DNA of 63,885 nucleotides, the filler included, from Craspedostauros australis (lineage: Eukaryota): the NCBI GenBank assembly GCA_030167865.1. It is 9 parts of 9 records of this genome, joined end to end, with 100 filler letters (N's around TTAATTAATTAA, not from the genome) between each part and the next. Parts side by side here need not be neighbours in the genome. Positions count along the whole stretch, not along the records: positions 21,755 to 45,628 come from JALAGF010002943.1; 8 more parts are not named here. One strand, written 5' to 3'. This document shows, in pieces, positions 23,094 to 35,591 of this stretch; within the stretch, counting starts at the first letter, position 1; every line of letters starts with the position of its first letter. Under the pieces are notes generated by a model. That model saw only the letters and a list, made by a program, of their open reading frames with translations. It did not search any database and had not been told where the DNA came from. The translations under genes and the position numbers were made by a program.

Positions 23094-24373
23094 TCACAAG
23101 TCACAAATTATGAGTCACAAATTATGAGTCATGCATACAGTAGTCAAGCAAGTCATGTTTGTACGCGTCATGGATTCAAGGTACTTACTCTATTCCTGGC
23201 AGACCTTGACGCGAAGGTTTGACAGATTTCAAGGGAATTTGCTCGAGATGAACAGCTGAGCGATTTCGGGCCTCTCCCACACCTCTTTTGCACTCCACTC
23301 GGGTTGGATGGCTCCACTCCGGATTTGGGTTTTGAGCTCTTGCACTTGGAAGCTACTGTACACCCAACGTTTGGGTTTGGCCATGTTGCTTTTTGTGTGT
23401 TGGTCCGTGAAACGACAGGTGGTGACATCCTCCCAACCACACCTTTGCGGTGCATCCTGATGTCTTGTTGCAAACCATTGAAACGGCCAGCCTTGTTGTC
23501 GTAGTAGTCCATACGAACAGCAGAGCTATTAAAGTCCTGCCTCTATGTAACAGACTTTGTGGCAGGAACTTCCTGTTTCGGCGCTGTCCCGCATACATGA
23601 CGGCGCGGCACACGACAGCATTTAGGCGCCTCTCTGCGAGAGCGCCTCCCAAAGTCACAACAAATCACGCTGTATTGTTCCCGAGATGTTTCGTCCATCC
23701 CGAATTATTACAATTACAATTCCGGGTAAAATTGTACTATTCATACAGTTTTAACTGTAAACGAATGATTCATATGAACACGACGGATGAAATGTTTTGT
23801 CCCTTCCAAAATATTACAAGTGTACTTTCAGTTGGTATTCCGTGTCTTTTGCACGTTGTCAGGAGGATGGTCTGTCCTTCAACCGGTTTTGACGCCGTTT
23901 GATGTTGAGAACAAAGCTGTATCAGATGATAGTGTAACTGTAGTAGACTCGGAAGTAAGCTGTGAAGATTGTTTCTGATTGCTTGTTTTATGTGTTAAGC
24001 TTACTGTTGATAGGACGATCGAGTAAAAGGGCAGGGTTCATGCTGTCGTACTTCAGCCGTTCTTGTTGCACAGCAACATGTCGTGATGGTTCTGCACACT
24101 CACAGCTGTTCAGTAGCCCCATCCGTAGAGCAGTACTTGATCCATGGGTGTGGATATGCTTCAAGATGCTTGTAGGTTTTGCAAGATGGTTAACTGGACA
24201 GGTGGCGTGGGTGCATGAGCTGGAGGGTGAGCAGAGCATGGATCGTGGTTCAACTACACACCATGCACGTGGTAGCCTTTCATCGCGGTATCGGATTCGG
24301 ATACTGGGTACCGTGTACGCGACATGGACGATTGAGTCCTGGATAGGTCCTGTACCAAGTCTGTCCCAACTCA

Positions 24374-24911
24374 CCACATCAACAGAGTCTGTTGCGCAAG
24401 CATGATGGAGTGCTGTTCTTCCGAATATGTCTTGGAGGTTGAAATTGATCTTGGTGCCATGTGTGTCGCGCGCCAATCCAAGCAAGCATTCCACCGTCTC
24501 TGCATCGCCCACCTCACAAGCAAATTGAAGAGGTGATGTACCGTTTAGGTCTTGTTCGTTGATGCAGGCAACGCCGTTTGGCATCCCATTTGGGCTCTCG
24601 TGGTAGAAGTCGAACAGGCGCTCAATGATATCCAGATGGCCAATATGGTAAGCCATATACAGCAGTGGTTCACTATATGTGCGTTGCATGATGACATCAA
24701 ATGTAATGTGTTTGCTGTCTTTGCTGAAGTCAAGCAGGCAATCCAGCACCTCAACATGACCAATCACGCAAGTACATTGGAGTGGTGTTTCACCTTTGCT
24801 GTTTTGAGCCACGATGTCCATCTCTGTCCCATTCTCAATCAAAGAATGGACAGTTGCCACATTGCCCGATCTGCAGGCATCATGTAGTGGCCAATATACT
24901 GCCCTGCTCAT
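24374..24911 (-). CDS. Ankyrin-repeat protein (3' part degenerate or unresolved)
   Basis: PLHDACRSGNVATVHSLI, GETPLQCTCVIGHVEVLDCLL, GTSPLQFACEVGDAETVECLL, GRTALHHAC. GTGAGT donor near 24373; similarity is lost afterwards. Confidence 0.7.
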
Positions 24912-25659
24912 GACTGGTATGATTGTGTGTTGGTGTGTGGGTGTGTATGTTTGTGGATGTGTTGATCTGTACTGTCAGTAGAAGCAACATGAGGAAGCAA
25001 AAGCAGAAAGTCTGCAATCATCTGCAACGACATGCATGCATGAAAGCAACACCAAATGAGTGTGATGAGATCAAATGTACAAGCACGAGCACCAGCTGTG
25101 TGAACCAGCTGCATGCAAGCCAGAAGCAGAAGAGAGACGACAAAAAAGGCAAGGCCAAGGCAAGGTCAAGGTCAAGAGACAGAGACAAGACACAGTGACC
25201 TCCATCTGCCCAATCAGCCATCCACATGCGCATTCATCGAACAACTAGGCAGTTACCTTCCTCAACGCTGACACGTTTCAAACCCAAAAGCGAACACAAT
25301 TCACTTGCTTCTGTTCTGTCCTGCTTGATCAGACACACTCTTGCTTTGCGCCGAAGTGGATTGTCCTCGACAGATCTTGGATGTTGCAATATGGATGGAA
25401 TGAGATTCCTTGTGTTGTAGAATAGATGGATACCATGCGACTGGAACTGTTGTGTGTAACCCCTTTCTTCCTTCTTGACTTCTGTCGGTCTTGCTGTGCG
25501 ATGTGTTGTTGGGTTGTTGGGCTGTTGGATTTGTGTGTCGTTGTGGATCTTTCCGAAGCCGGACAAGTTGGTGTGATTTGTGTCTGAATTGTTGACACTC
25601 TTTTCTCAATTCAATTATTTTGTACACAATTTTCGCCCGAGTGGGTAGCAAGGAAAACA

Positions 25660-25732
25660 GCCTAATTAGCTCAGTCGGTAGAGCGCACGACTCTTAATCG
25701 TGTGGTCGAGGGTTCGATCCCCTCATTGGGTG
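25660..25732 (+). tRNA. tRNA-Lys (anticodon CTT)
   Basis: Acceptor GCCTAAT/ATTGGGT, D-arm GCTC..GAGC, anticodon arm CACGA-CTCTTAA-TCGTG, T-arm GAGGG-TTCGATC-CCCTC, followed by an oligo-T Pol III terminator. Confidence 0.97.
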
Positions 25733-26223
25733 CCTTTTTTGCTGCGCACAAACCTTCGGCATCCTATTTTGTCATGTGGATCGTGGCTCATTTTTGTTGG
25801 TCTTTTTGTTGTGCGAGATAAGATTGGATGACTTGGCCGACGCACCGCTCTCTCCTCTAAAGTTCATAGGTCGTACGAATACAACCATCACACTGAAGAG
25901 CAATGTGTGACACTCAGCAATAACATAATGTGGTACATATACTGGCGCTAACTGGAGTCCATCCTACCGTGATGTGAGCAGAACGCCCTCATCTCTTGAA
26001 GTATCCTATGCGACTCTGCTCTAAATACATCTGATGCATCAGTTTTCAAAGCACGCGCAATCAACATTCTACTTCAGGAGAGTATTGTCGCTTGCAACAG
26101 ATGCACCCAACAAATGCACATTCGTATGAACCGGCATTTTCTTATGTCTCAATACATCTCGGGGTGTCCGGCATTCCGATCAACCTGGGATCAACTTCAC
26201 ATCGACCTGACATCAACAGGCTG

Positions 26224-27643
26224 TCACTGCACAACAGTGAACTCCCTATCGTTGCACCCGACCTCCAGCTTGCCTTGATCATTGTACCTGGCGTAGCAAC
26301 CGTGGACAGTCTTGCACAAGTCCACCTCCCTGTAGAAATCCGGGTCCGTGATGTTCTTCTCGTGGTACGCAAAGGCGTGCTTTCTCAGATGGTCGTACTT
26401 GCCGCCGGTCTGATCCAGCTGCAGACCAAGGCCACCGCGGCCGTGCGCCGAGGACTCTTGAACGTCGGTGCAAAATATGATGGGCTGGTCCTTCATTTGC
26501 ACAAGTGCATCGCCGTGATGGCCCTTCACGATACCAAGATTCCTGAAGTAGCGGAGGGCTGCCTGGCCGTAGGCGTATTTGCCAGCGACGTAGCCGGCAT
26601 CCGGGTCGCAAACCGGCTTCAAGGTTTTTGTTTTGTATGTCTGCTCGTACGTCTGAACGAGGGCGTACCAAAGGCCCGGTTGATCTGTGTCGCCACCGTG
26701 GGTTGAGTCAGGTTGATTGTTGATTGATAAGAAACGTGAGTTGACGAGCAAATACAAACAATACCGGCGCTTCAGACACTACCATCAATGGCGACAATAG
26801 GGGCAGGCAAAGAAGACAGGACGTACCGCTGTGATGCCAATCGTACTTGGGCTTTCCATCGGCCATGGATTCCATGGGGAAATTCCCCTTCGGGCAGACG
26901 CCACGGCCAAACTTCATCCAATTGTCCAAAGTGCGATGGCCGAATTCCGAATTCTTGACCATGAAGGTGAAGGTGGAGAAGAGGACCTTCGGGCGGATGT
27001 CCGCCGGGGCGATGATGCTGGGATTCTGCTTGTACAACTCAAAGTCTTTCAAGAACGCCTCGAGAGGGCGCGACAGGTCCCGGATAACATGGTCGAGATC
27101 GCCGTAGAAGATCCAGTCGTAGTTGCTTAGCTGCGATTTCAAGTGCGGGACCCTGTTCCATGACCCGAAACTCAGCCAAGGCGCCTGCGCTCTGTCCTCG
27201 TCGCTGAATGCGCTGGTGGTATTGAAGATGAAGTCGTACCCCCACATGTAGGCGTAGCAGGCCTTGTTGATGGTGTTGTCGAATTCAGTGACCTTGGTGT
27301 AACCACCGCCTTCTATGGCCTGCGGCACAAAGGACGCCAGTAGGGCGATCCTCGGTCGGCCTTTGGCTGGGTTGCTGTTGGCAATGACGTCGCTGCCATG
27401 TTCGTGGGGATCTCTCTGACTCCGAAGAGCTGCTCCAACGGGCTCCTGATCATCGTGTGGCATCCACCCCTGCTTGCTTTCTTTGGAGCTCATACTTGGG
27501 GAATGAGCCAGCTCTCTCATCCACTTCTGTTGCAGTATTATGTAGACCAAAACGACGATGAACGCAAGCAGGTTCCGGAAGGTCCTCATCCCCATCCTCG
27601 GCCGTTGCGCGGCCAATCGGAGTGGCGTCCTCCTCGGTTCCAT
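26224..27643 (-). CDS. GT34-like (galactosyl/xylosyltransferase, GMA12/MNN10-like) Golgi glycosyltransferase, 2 exons
   Basis: N-terminal TM anchor; INKACYAYMWGYDF, WNRVPHL, YDWIFYGDLD (DxD). GT-AG intron 26826-26685 creates HHSDQPGLW. Confidence 0.8.
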
Positions 27644-28552
27644 GCTTGCAGATCGGATCAGAAGTGCTGCCAATCGCCGAACCAACGCTCTTCCCAGAGT
27701 TCATCCACGGATCATCCAGAGACCGTCCTGCCAATGGCACACCTGTCGAATCCACGAAGCACAGAATGCTTGCGCAGCTTCCTAGTGCCTAAGCGTTCGA
27801 TGGTGTTGTCTGATTCCTTTCAAGCGCTGTTGTCTGCTTGCTATCGCCTGCTCAACCCAATGGCCGATTTGCTCGGCGTATCCGACGACGATCTCGTTGC
27901 GTTCTATGCCAAGTCTAGGTCTGTGGCAACAAACGCTTGGACCTGAAACCGCATCAGCACTCGCAGCAGCAGAATGTTCTACTCTGTCGCTATTGTGCGA
28001 CAATGACAATGACAATGATGATGTGCAGAGAAAGATGGCAAGAGTGATGGCAAGGAGTCTGGTAATCACAAGAATGATCGTCACATCGCTCACCACAAAC
28101 AAATGACACCGAAACAACACTGTTGTTCCTTTCAACGCATACGGGATTCAATCTGGTTGCTCTCCGTGACTCAATTGGTTCCAACACGCGCTCCTCCCTC
28201 TCCGGCTGTTGGCGTGAACTGCCGATCACAATCAACACGATCAGCAACTCCTCATCTCCAATCTTCGATCAGCAACCCATTGGAGAACATCACACCCTTC
28301 ATCGGAGTCTACAATCACTCCCAGAAGTACGAGACGAACACTGATGGAAGCGCGATGTGCGCTCCATTCGATGGGAATGCTCTACGACTATAGTACTCTG
28401 CTATGCTTCATACTGATATTATACAAAACTATTCGTGCTCATTCGTCCACGTCGTCGAGGGACGGGTATCTCTCCATATCCGCAGGCTACCACCAACATT
28501 AATACCAACACCAATACCGGCGCCAATGACAGTGCCAACCTTTCAGAGAGCA

Positions 28553-29912
28553 CTAAAACCGACTGGCGGCACCGATTGAGTCTGCGTCCCCGATCCATTT
28601 GACGATGTCGACTGTGATGCCCGCGTAGAACGGGGTGTTCTTGGGCAGGCAGGCCACGGCCAGGATCTTCGTGATATCCATGGGGACACCGATCTGGAAC
28701 TTGACGGACTGCATCGACGGCCGGTTGTCGTTGTTGTACACCCAGACGTCCACCATCATTCCCTTGCCGACTGGATCCCACAGCGTCACTGTGCCATTCA
28801 GGATGCGCGCGCCTCGGATGAATTGGCACCAGCCGCTGCAGTAGTTCTTCCGTCCGTGGATTCCGGCGGAACAGTTCCCGATCAGCGCCGATTTGCCCAG
28901 GTTCTGGTTGAACTTGAACCCCGAGATCTTCTTGCCCGCTCCCGGCACCCACATCCCCACGGCGCACTTCAGTGGCGTTTTGCTGTAGTGCAGCACGAGC
29001 CGACCGGACGAGTCCGGTTCGTACACAAGGTAGCACACGCCTGTGGGAGGAACAAACACGCTCTCAGATGTCAGGTGGATGTTGCTGTTCTCATCGTCGT
29101 CACCATCCGCCGCAGGCTGCGGGGCGGGTGCGGGCTTCGGTTCGGCGATGCTGGGCGATGGTGGGACTGGAGCAAAGTCAGGCATGACGGCGCGCTTCGG
29201 TAGCGGCACGCCCTGCTCATCCTTCTCGTCGTCATCGTCGTCCATCGTTTCGTTTGTTTCATGGCTCACCGCGATGGACAACCCGACGTCTGCGTTGCCG
29301 CCGGCGTGAACAGTCATGCTGGAACCACCTATGGGTGCTGCTGCCGGTGTCTCCGAAGCACTGCCATCCACCGCATCGGTAGTCAGCGACTCCGCTGCCT
29401 TAATTTCGCTGAGGATCGCAAACTCCGCCAGCGCGCCGACCTTCCTGGCCTTCTTCTTGAACTTCTTCCCGTCCAGCGGTCCGCTCCCGTAGAACTCGGT
29501 GTTCTTAGGAAGGCATGCGACGCCATCCACCATGGTGGTGTCGAACTTGGGTGCCGCTTTGACGCAGGTTCCAGCAATGTAGAGATAGAAGTCGACGGGC
29601 AGCCCCACGTTCAGCACCGTGACGGTGGCATCCATGCTCCTCGCCGCCTTGACGAACTGGCACCATCCATTGTAGTAGTTCTTGCGTTCCTGGGTGACGC
29701 CCATGGCGCAGTTACCGATGAGCTCGGATGATCCGAGGTTCTGCGCGGTCTTGAAGGCATGAATGTCGGGTGTGGTCCAAACGCCGACGGCTCCATCGAT
29801 GGGGAATTCGCTGTAGTGGATGTTGAGCTCGCCAGAGACGGGATGGTAGACCAGATAGCAGGCACCGCCTTGTGGGAAGCCATCGAAGACAGACTTTTGC
29901 TTGTCCGGTTCG

Positions 29913-29943
<31 letters not shown>

Positions 29944-32479
29944 CCTCCTGTCGCTGTTGCTCGGAAGCGGGAGCATCTGAACTTGGCAGCGCCATGTCTT
30001 CTCCCACGACACCCTGGCTGCTGAAATTTGCAGACGATGATGATGATGGTGGTGATGTGGATTGTCCCAACGGTTTGAGCTGCACGACGATCTTGTTTGA
30101 AGTCGATGGCTGCGTTTCGGCAGGGAGTTGATCGTTGGAAGACTTGAGACCTGCCATGGTATGTCGCAAGATGCTGTGGGTTGGTTTTTCACTTGGCACG
30201 ACAGGTTGCGTGGTATCGTGGGCGTTACCACTTCCGCCGTTGTTGCTATTGGTATCGCTGGGCATGACCGATTCTGGTTTGCGCGTCACCTGGTCGCTCT
30301 GCTGGTGCTTGACTTTGAGCGCTGCATCCAGCACGGGTGTTTTGCTGGGCACAGGCGTGGGTTCGTCAAAGAGATCCATGTCATCCAACGACTTGATGTC
30401 GTCTTCGGTTACCGGGCGCGGCTGGTTGGCCGTGATGAGATGATCGGGGACGTTGACCTGGAGTGTTGCATTGCCGTTATGATGATTGGTTCCCAACCCG
30501 TTGATGTACGCCGAAGAATCCGTGCTGGATTGCTGCTGCTGCTGCTGCTGCTGCTGCCGCCTCTGTTCGTCGAGGTCGTGCTTGGCTTTAAGCGCCGCGT
30601 CCATGATCGTGGTTTTGGACGTCGAGGCTTCGTCAGCGGAATCGAAGATCTGCAGTTCGTCGAGCGATTTTTCATCCGAATACGTTCGAAGCTTGGGCTG
30701 ATTCATGGACAAGAGATAGTCAGGCACGATGGGCTTGTCGGACTCCTGCGAGTCGAGGTTCTGTAGCCTCGCGCGATTGTCGGCACCATTGCCATGAACA
30801 ATATGACCATTCAAGTTGACCTCGTGGTCATGGCCATTGTTATCGTCATCATCATCATCATCATCATCATATTCATATTGAGGTTCAAAGGAATTTTGTG
30901 TTGCTGCGGACGAACGTGAATGTACGTTTGCATGTACGTTTGCGTTTGCGATTGCCGTGGTTGTGCCAGGGGCATGATCGACAATAGATTGACTGTGGGT
31001 CGATTGCTGCTGCGAATCCAAGATCTGCTTTGCCTTGTGAGCTGCATCCTGCATTGGCGTTCTAGATCTTTGCTTGGTCGTAGGATCCTCCTCGACATCG
31101 ATGAAGAGATCGGCGTCGTCCAAGGATTTGTCATCGTCATACTTCGTCTTCGGCTGGTTGAGCTTCGTGAGGTGTTTTTGCATGGTAGTTGGAGGCTGAT
31201 GGTCACCGCCCGTGCTGACAGTGGAATCACCAGCAGGCTCAGCATTGTTACCAGCATTGTTACCAGCATTGTTACCAGCATTGCTACCAGCATTGCTACC
31301 AGCATCGTTGGTTGGATCAGAGAGGAGATGTTGGAACGTGAAGAGCCCCGTTTCGTTGAGGTATTCAATGTGATCGAAATCCCCAATATAGGTGTAGCTG
31401 TACTCGACATTGGGATCAACAGCATCCGAGTGTTGATTGTCTTGCGTGACCACCGATTGGAGGAAGAACTGCGGATATTGTCGGATGCCAGACAAGGCGA
31501 AGAGGTGCTTGCGGCGATCCATCTGCTGATCCCCGTAGACGATCGAAACGACTGCGTCGAATTGCAAATTGGCCCTGTTTGCAGCTGCTTTGCACATTGT
31601 GAGCGCCCGATCCTGGTTCGCCGACTGCTGTCTGGTGGATGTCATGGTGGAGCACAGAATGAGGAGTTGCTTTTGTGTGGCCGTGGTTGTGGCTGTGGCT
31701 GTGGTTGTGGTGGAAGCAAGTCCAACAGGATGATTGACAGTAGAGGCAGCAGAAGCGGTGAAGTTGCGGGTGTTGGTTGAGTTGGCTGAGTTGGCTGAGT
31801 TGACGAAAGGCTCCGTCGACTTTGATCTGGAAGGAGTGGTGGTGGGTGGAGCGAGATCATCTTCACCATCATCGATGATCCTGCGTCTGGAAGCGGAGAG
31901 CGGTGGATCCGCAGCAACCCCATGATCCGGCTGATCGTCCTCCATGCCGCCTCTGCGAGGAAGGGAACCATGGCTGGTGTCGCGATGCTGCTTTTCGAAA
32001 TCTGCCATGGACTCTGCGGATGATGTTGCAGTTGGAGTCGCAGCTGGAGTTGATGGGACCGGTCCTTCGTTGGTCTCCATGGTGTGTGTGCTGCGTGTGG
32101 TGTCCCTGGTGTCCCTGTTCGATGTGACAACAGTCACGATGCTGGCAACAGTGGATCCTCTATTGAATGGAGTCGGAGATGGGTGAGCATCATTGTTGGC
32201 ATCATTGTTGGCATCATTGCTGGCATCATTGGTTGCAGTCGTATCCACGTTTGCATTCTGAATTGCATTCGTGTTTGTGCCTGTGGTTGTGCCTGCTGTG
32301 GCAGCTGTGCTTGTGGTTGTGGCAGCGACGGCATCAGCCATGGCCGCACTCGCAGGAGCTGACCTCTGAACATAGTGAATGGCGTTCTCAACAGCATCCT
32401 GGTTGAGAAGCAGCAGGTAGTTCAGCACATCCCTCAGCTGAGATTCATTCAATCGATCAATTGTCGTTGAGAGATCCAT
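28553..32479 (-). CDS. 1308-aa protein: SH3BGR/glutaredoxin-like domain, three internal NQP..KSLD..D.FD repeats, and two tandem IMP2-N-like C-terminal domains
   Basis: LLILCST..QDRA..SGIRQYPQFF..YIGDFDHIEYLNE resembles SH3BGR. The duplicated CYLVY..SG.L..HYS..AVG.W..FK..GNC..KNY..GWCQF..A resembles apicomplexan immune-mapped protein domains (recognised by eye). Confidence 0.75.
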
Positions 32480-33467
32480 TGTGCTTTTCTGTCGTTCTGT
32501 TGTGTTCTGTCGTACTGCTCTGTCCTGTCGTACTGCTCTGTTGTGAAGTGGTCTTTGCAGGGTTCCTTTTTGTTTTCTCTCGCTAATTGGATGGTGCTCG
32601 TACGATAGCTGATATCAAGGGCAAGAGTGAATATATGGTACGACTATGGCACCAAAGCTGAGAGCGCAAGCGAGAGCACAAGTGAGGGCGCAAGGACTCA
32701 ACACCAAAGATCGTCAGATAATGCGAAAGATCTTCCCAAGTCCGACACCAAGACCAACACCAACTCTGATGCAGAGACGACAACGACAACAATGAGCCAT
32801 TTTGCGCACATCACGCACCTCGCTGCGATTCGCGTTTTTTCTTCTTTTCCCTCCCACACATGTGCGTGACATGCTTTTTCAAACAGCGCGAATCCTTGCA
32901 ATGCTGGCGCCAATTTTAACGGTCTTCCGAATCGACCTCAACTTCAACCGTTCGAAACCGATATTGCGAGGTCTCTCTTCGAGCTTTTACTGGTTACCTC
33001 CTTACCACATGTCCAATCACGAGTTCTGTTCCACGTTTGATTCGTTCGAGTACACCTGTCAACAACAACAACAACAAGATGAAGTTGCCGTGTGTTGCGA
33101 CGCCGTGTTTTCCATCGACACGCCAAGGGATCGCCCGAGTTGCCACCGACGCAAATGAGAGGCGCCGTGTTCCCGATCGCTCCGCCGTTGACCTCTTCGT
33201 CTCCTGTGTCCTCTTCTGGTCTCTCTCTCTCTCTCGCTCGCTTTGTTGGCTCTTCTGTCTGTCACCACCAACCTCCGCAGCCACCCGCCTCAACTTCCGC
33301 ACCAAACCAACGGCCTCAGCTTCACAAATCAACACGTTTGAAGAACTTGCTGGCCGCTTCCGTAGCTTAAACCTGCTAGCAATCCGACAAACACTACTGC
33401 GACACCTCTCCACTGCACTCCCACTACACTATCAAATACCCCACCAGTATCCCACCAGCATCCCATC

Positions 33468-34151
33468 ATGAAGCACATGGCTGTCTACCTCCTCTGCGTC
33501 CTTGGCGGCAAGGAAAACCCAACGAAGGACGACATCAGCAAGGCGATGTCCACCGTCGGACTTGAGGCCGATGATGCAAGCGTGGATGCCCTCCTCACCG
33601 CCCTCGAGGGCAAGGATCTCAACGAGCTGCTCGAGTCCGGAAAGGGCCTCCTTGCCAAGATCGGTGGAGGTGGCGGCGGCGGCGGTGGTGCTGCCGGAGG
33701 CGCTGGAGGCGATGCGTGAGTTCAATCCCAGTTTCATTTTGTGGTTGTGGCTGCTTTGCTTTGGCTCTCATGGTTGGGCTACTTACTGTCTTGGCATCCG
33801 CTATGGCTCGGCCTTTCCATTGATCTTTACTGCGATTCTATGCTTCTGCTCTTTGGGAATGCGGTTGCGTTGGTACCTGCGTATGAATTGATAATTGCTC
33901 AACACATCAACGCTCGCTCGTCCAACCACTCACACCATGCACTTGTGCTGCTACCTTGTCCCCAACCCTCACACGCACATACACAACACCTATGTGTATC
34001 TGCAACGACGACAACAATGACCACAACTGATTCCATCAAACACAGCGAGGCCGAAGAAGAGAAGGAGGAAGAGAAGGTCGAGGAAGAAGAGATGGACCTT
34101 GGCGGCGGCATGGACATGTTCGGAGGAGATGAAGGAGGCGGCGACTATTAA
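33468..34151 (+). CDS. RPLP2: 60S acidic ribosomal protein P2, 2 exons
   Basis: MKHMAVYLLCVLGGKENP...LEGKDLNELLESG, a Gly/Ala hinge, intron 33716-34045, then acidic tail EEEEMDLGGGMDMFGG..DY. Confidence 0.95.
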
Positions 34152-35591
34152 GCAAACGGTGAGCTTCGGGTTGTCATCCAATTGCAACCCAAGGTGTTGT
34201 CTGCGAAATAAAACAAATAGCCAAACCACTTCATTTCTGGGAAATATAATATGCATGTACTATACTATATCATCCCTTTCTGCTTCTTCATCGTCGCTTA
34301 GGGCAGACCACAGAATGCACGCCAGGCCGCGGCAAGTTGGTTGGTTGTGCGAATTCAATAGTCGTAGGTGCATCGTGTCCGCAGCATCCCCAGACCATGG
34401 TATTAGAGAGAATGCAAGTCACAGTCCATGGACTTCACATTCACAATCATCCATTTCACGGCGGCACAGGAGGACCACCTATCATACATACCCTGTGTCT
34501 CCAGCCTTCATGTGATAGATCGTGGAACGCGATATGGAGTTGTCTAATGCGCATTGCGTGTATGAAAAGTGCTCGAACAGTATGATTATGATATTGCAGA
34601 GCAACTGTGGGTGGAGCAACAGTGGCTCGTCGTCATAGTGCGACTAGTCGTATAGTAGCTAATGCTATTCTCCATTCTGTAGCAGCGTCTCCACAGGCAC
34701 GTATACGTGCCTGTGTGCCGCTCAGCGCAACGCATTCATGAAACAGTCATCAGACCCAAAGCAAACGGATAGACTGACAGACCTCGCAAAGAAACACGCT
34801 GCACGACACGGGAAGAACAACCACGATGATGAAGTTCCGTGATTCAGCCCCGACTCAATGCGCTACAACAAAAACCGCAGCACGACACGACACGACACGA
34901 CACGACTGTTCCTGAGCGAACAAGCGAGAGAACGAAACAGAAGTCAGCACAACACGAGATCGCACAACACACGCTTCGCTCCTTTTCTGTTTCCTCCCAA
35001 ACACTCTTCGGCGCCATTGTGCAATCACTTCATTGCAAACTCCAACGAAATCATAGTCGTACCATCACCACACACGTTCACTCATTGATCCAGGTATGTT
35101 GACAGAGGATGTTGCTGTGGTTATGATTATGGTCGTGTGGTCGTGTAGCTGTGGTCACGGTGGTGTGAAATGCAAGAATTGGGAGAAGCGCATCATCAGC
35201 CAAGATGAAGATCTGCAAGAATGGCACCGCCCGCAGCGCTCTTGATCTTGGTCGCACCTGCGGCCATGCCTCCCTTTCCTCCCCTTGGAGACCTTCCTTC
35301 ATCAAATACCTCTTGCGATCTCTTTCCCCCCCTCTGGTCCATTTGATTGTGTCCATCTGATTGTGTTCGTCTGATTGTGTTCATCTGCTGCCTCTGCTCG
35401 CAACAGCCACAGTAACAGTCATATACGTAAGATGCGCTCCTCACCTACGCCATCTCCCACTTGAATACTCAACTTGCATGTTTCCAAATCTGACCCGCTC
35501 CAGAACAATCAGACGGCCACTGCAACAAACAGCATCCAGCAACCCATTCAGCTACTCATCCAACGAACGAGAAAGCAAAGTCACTGAAACA

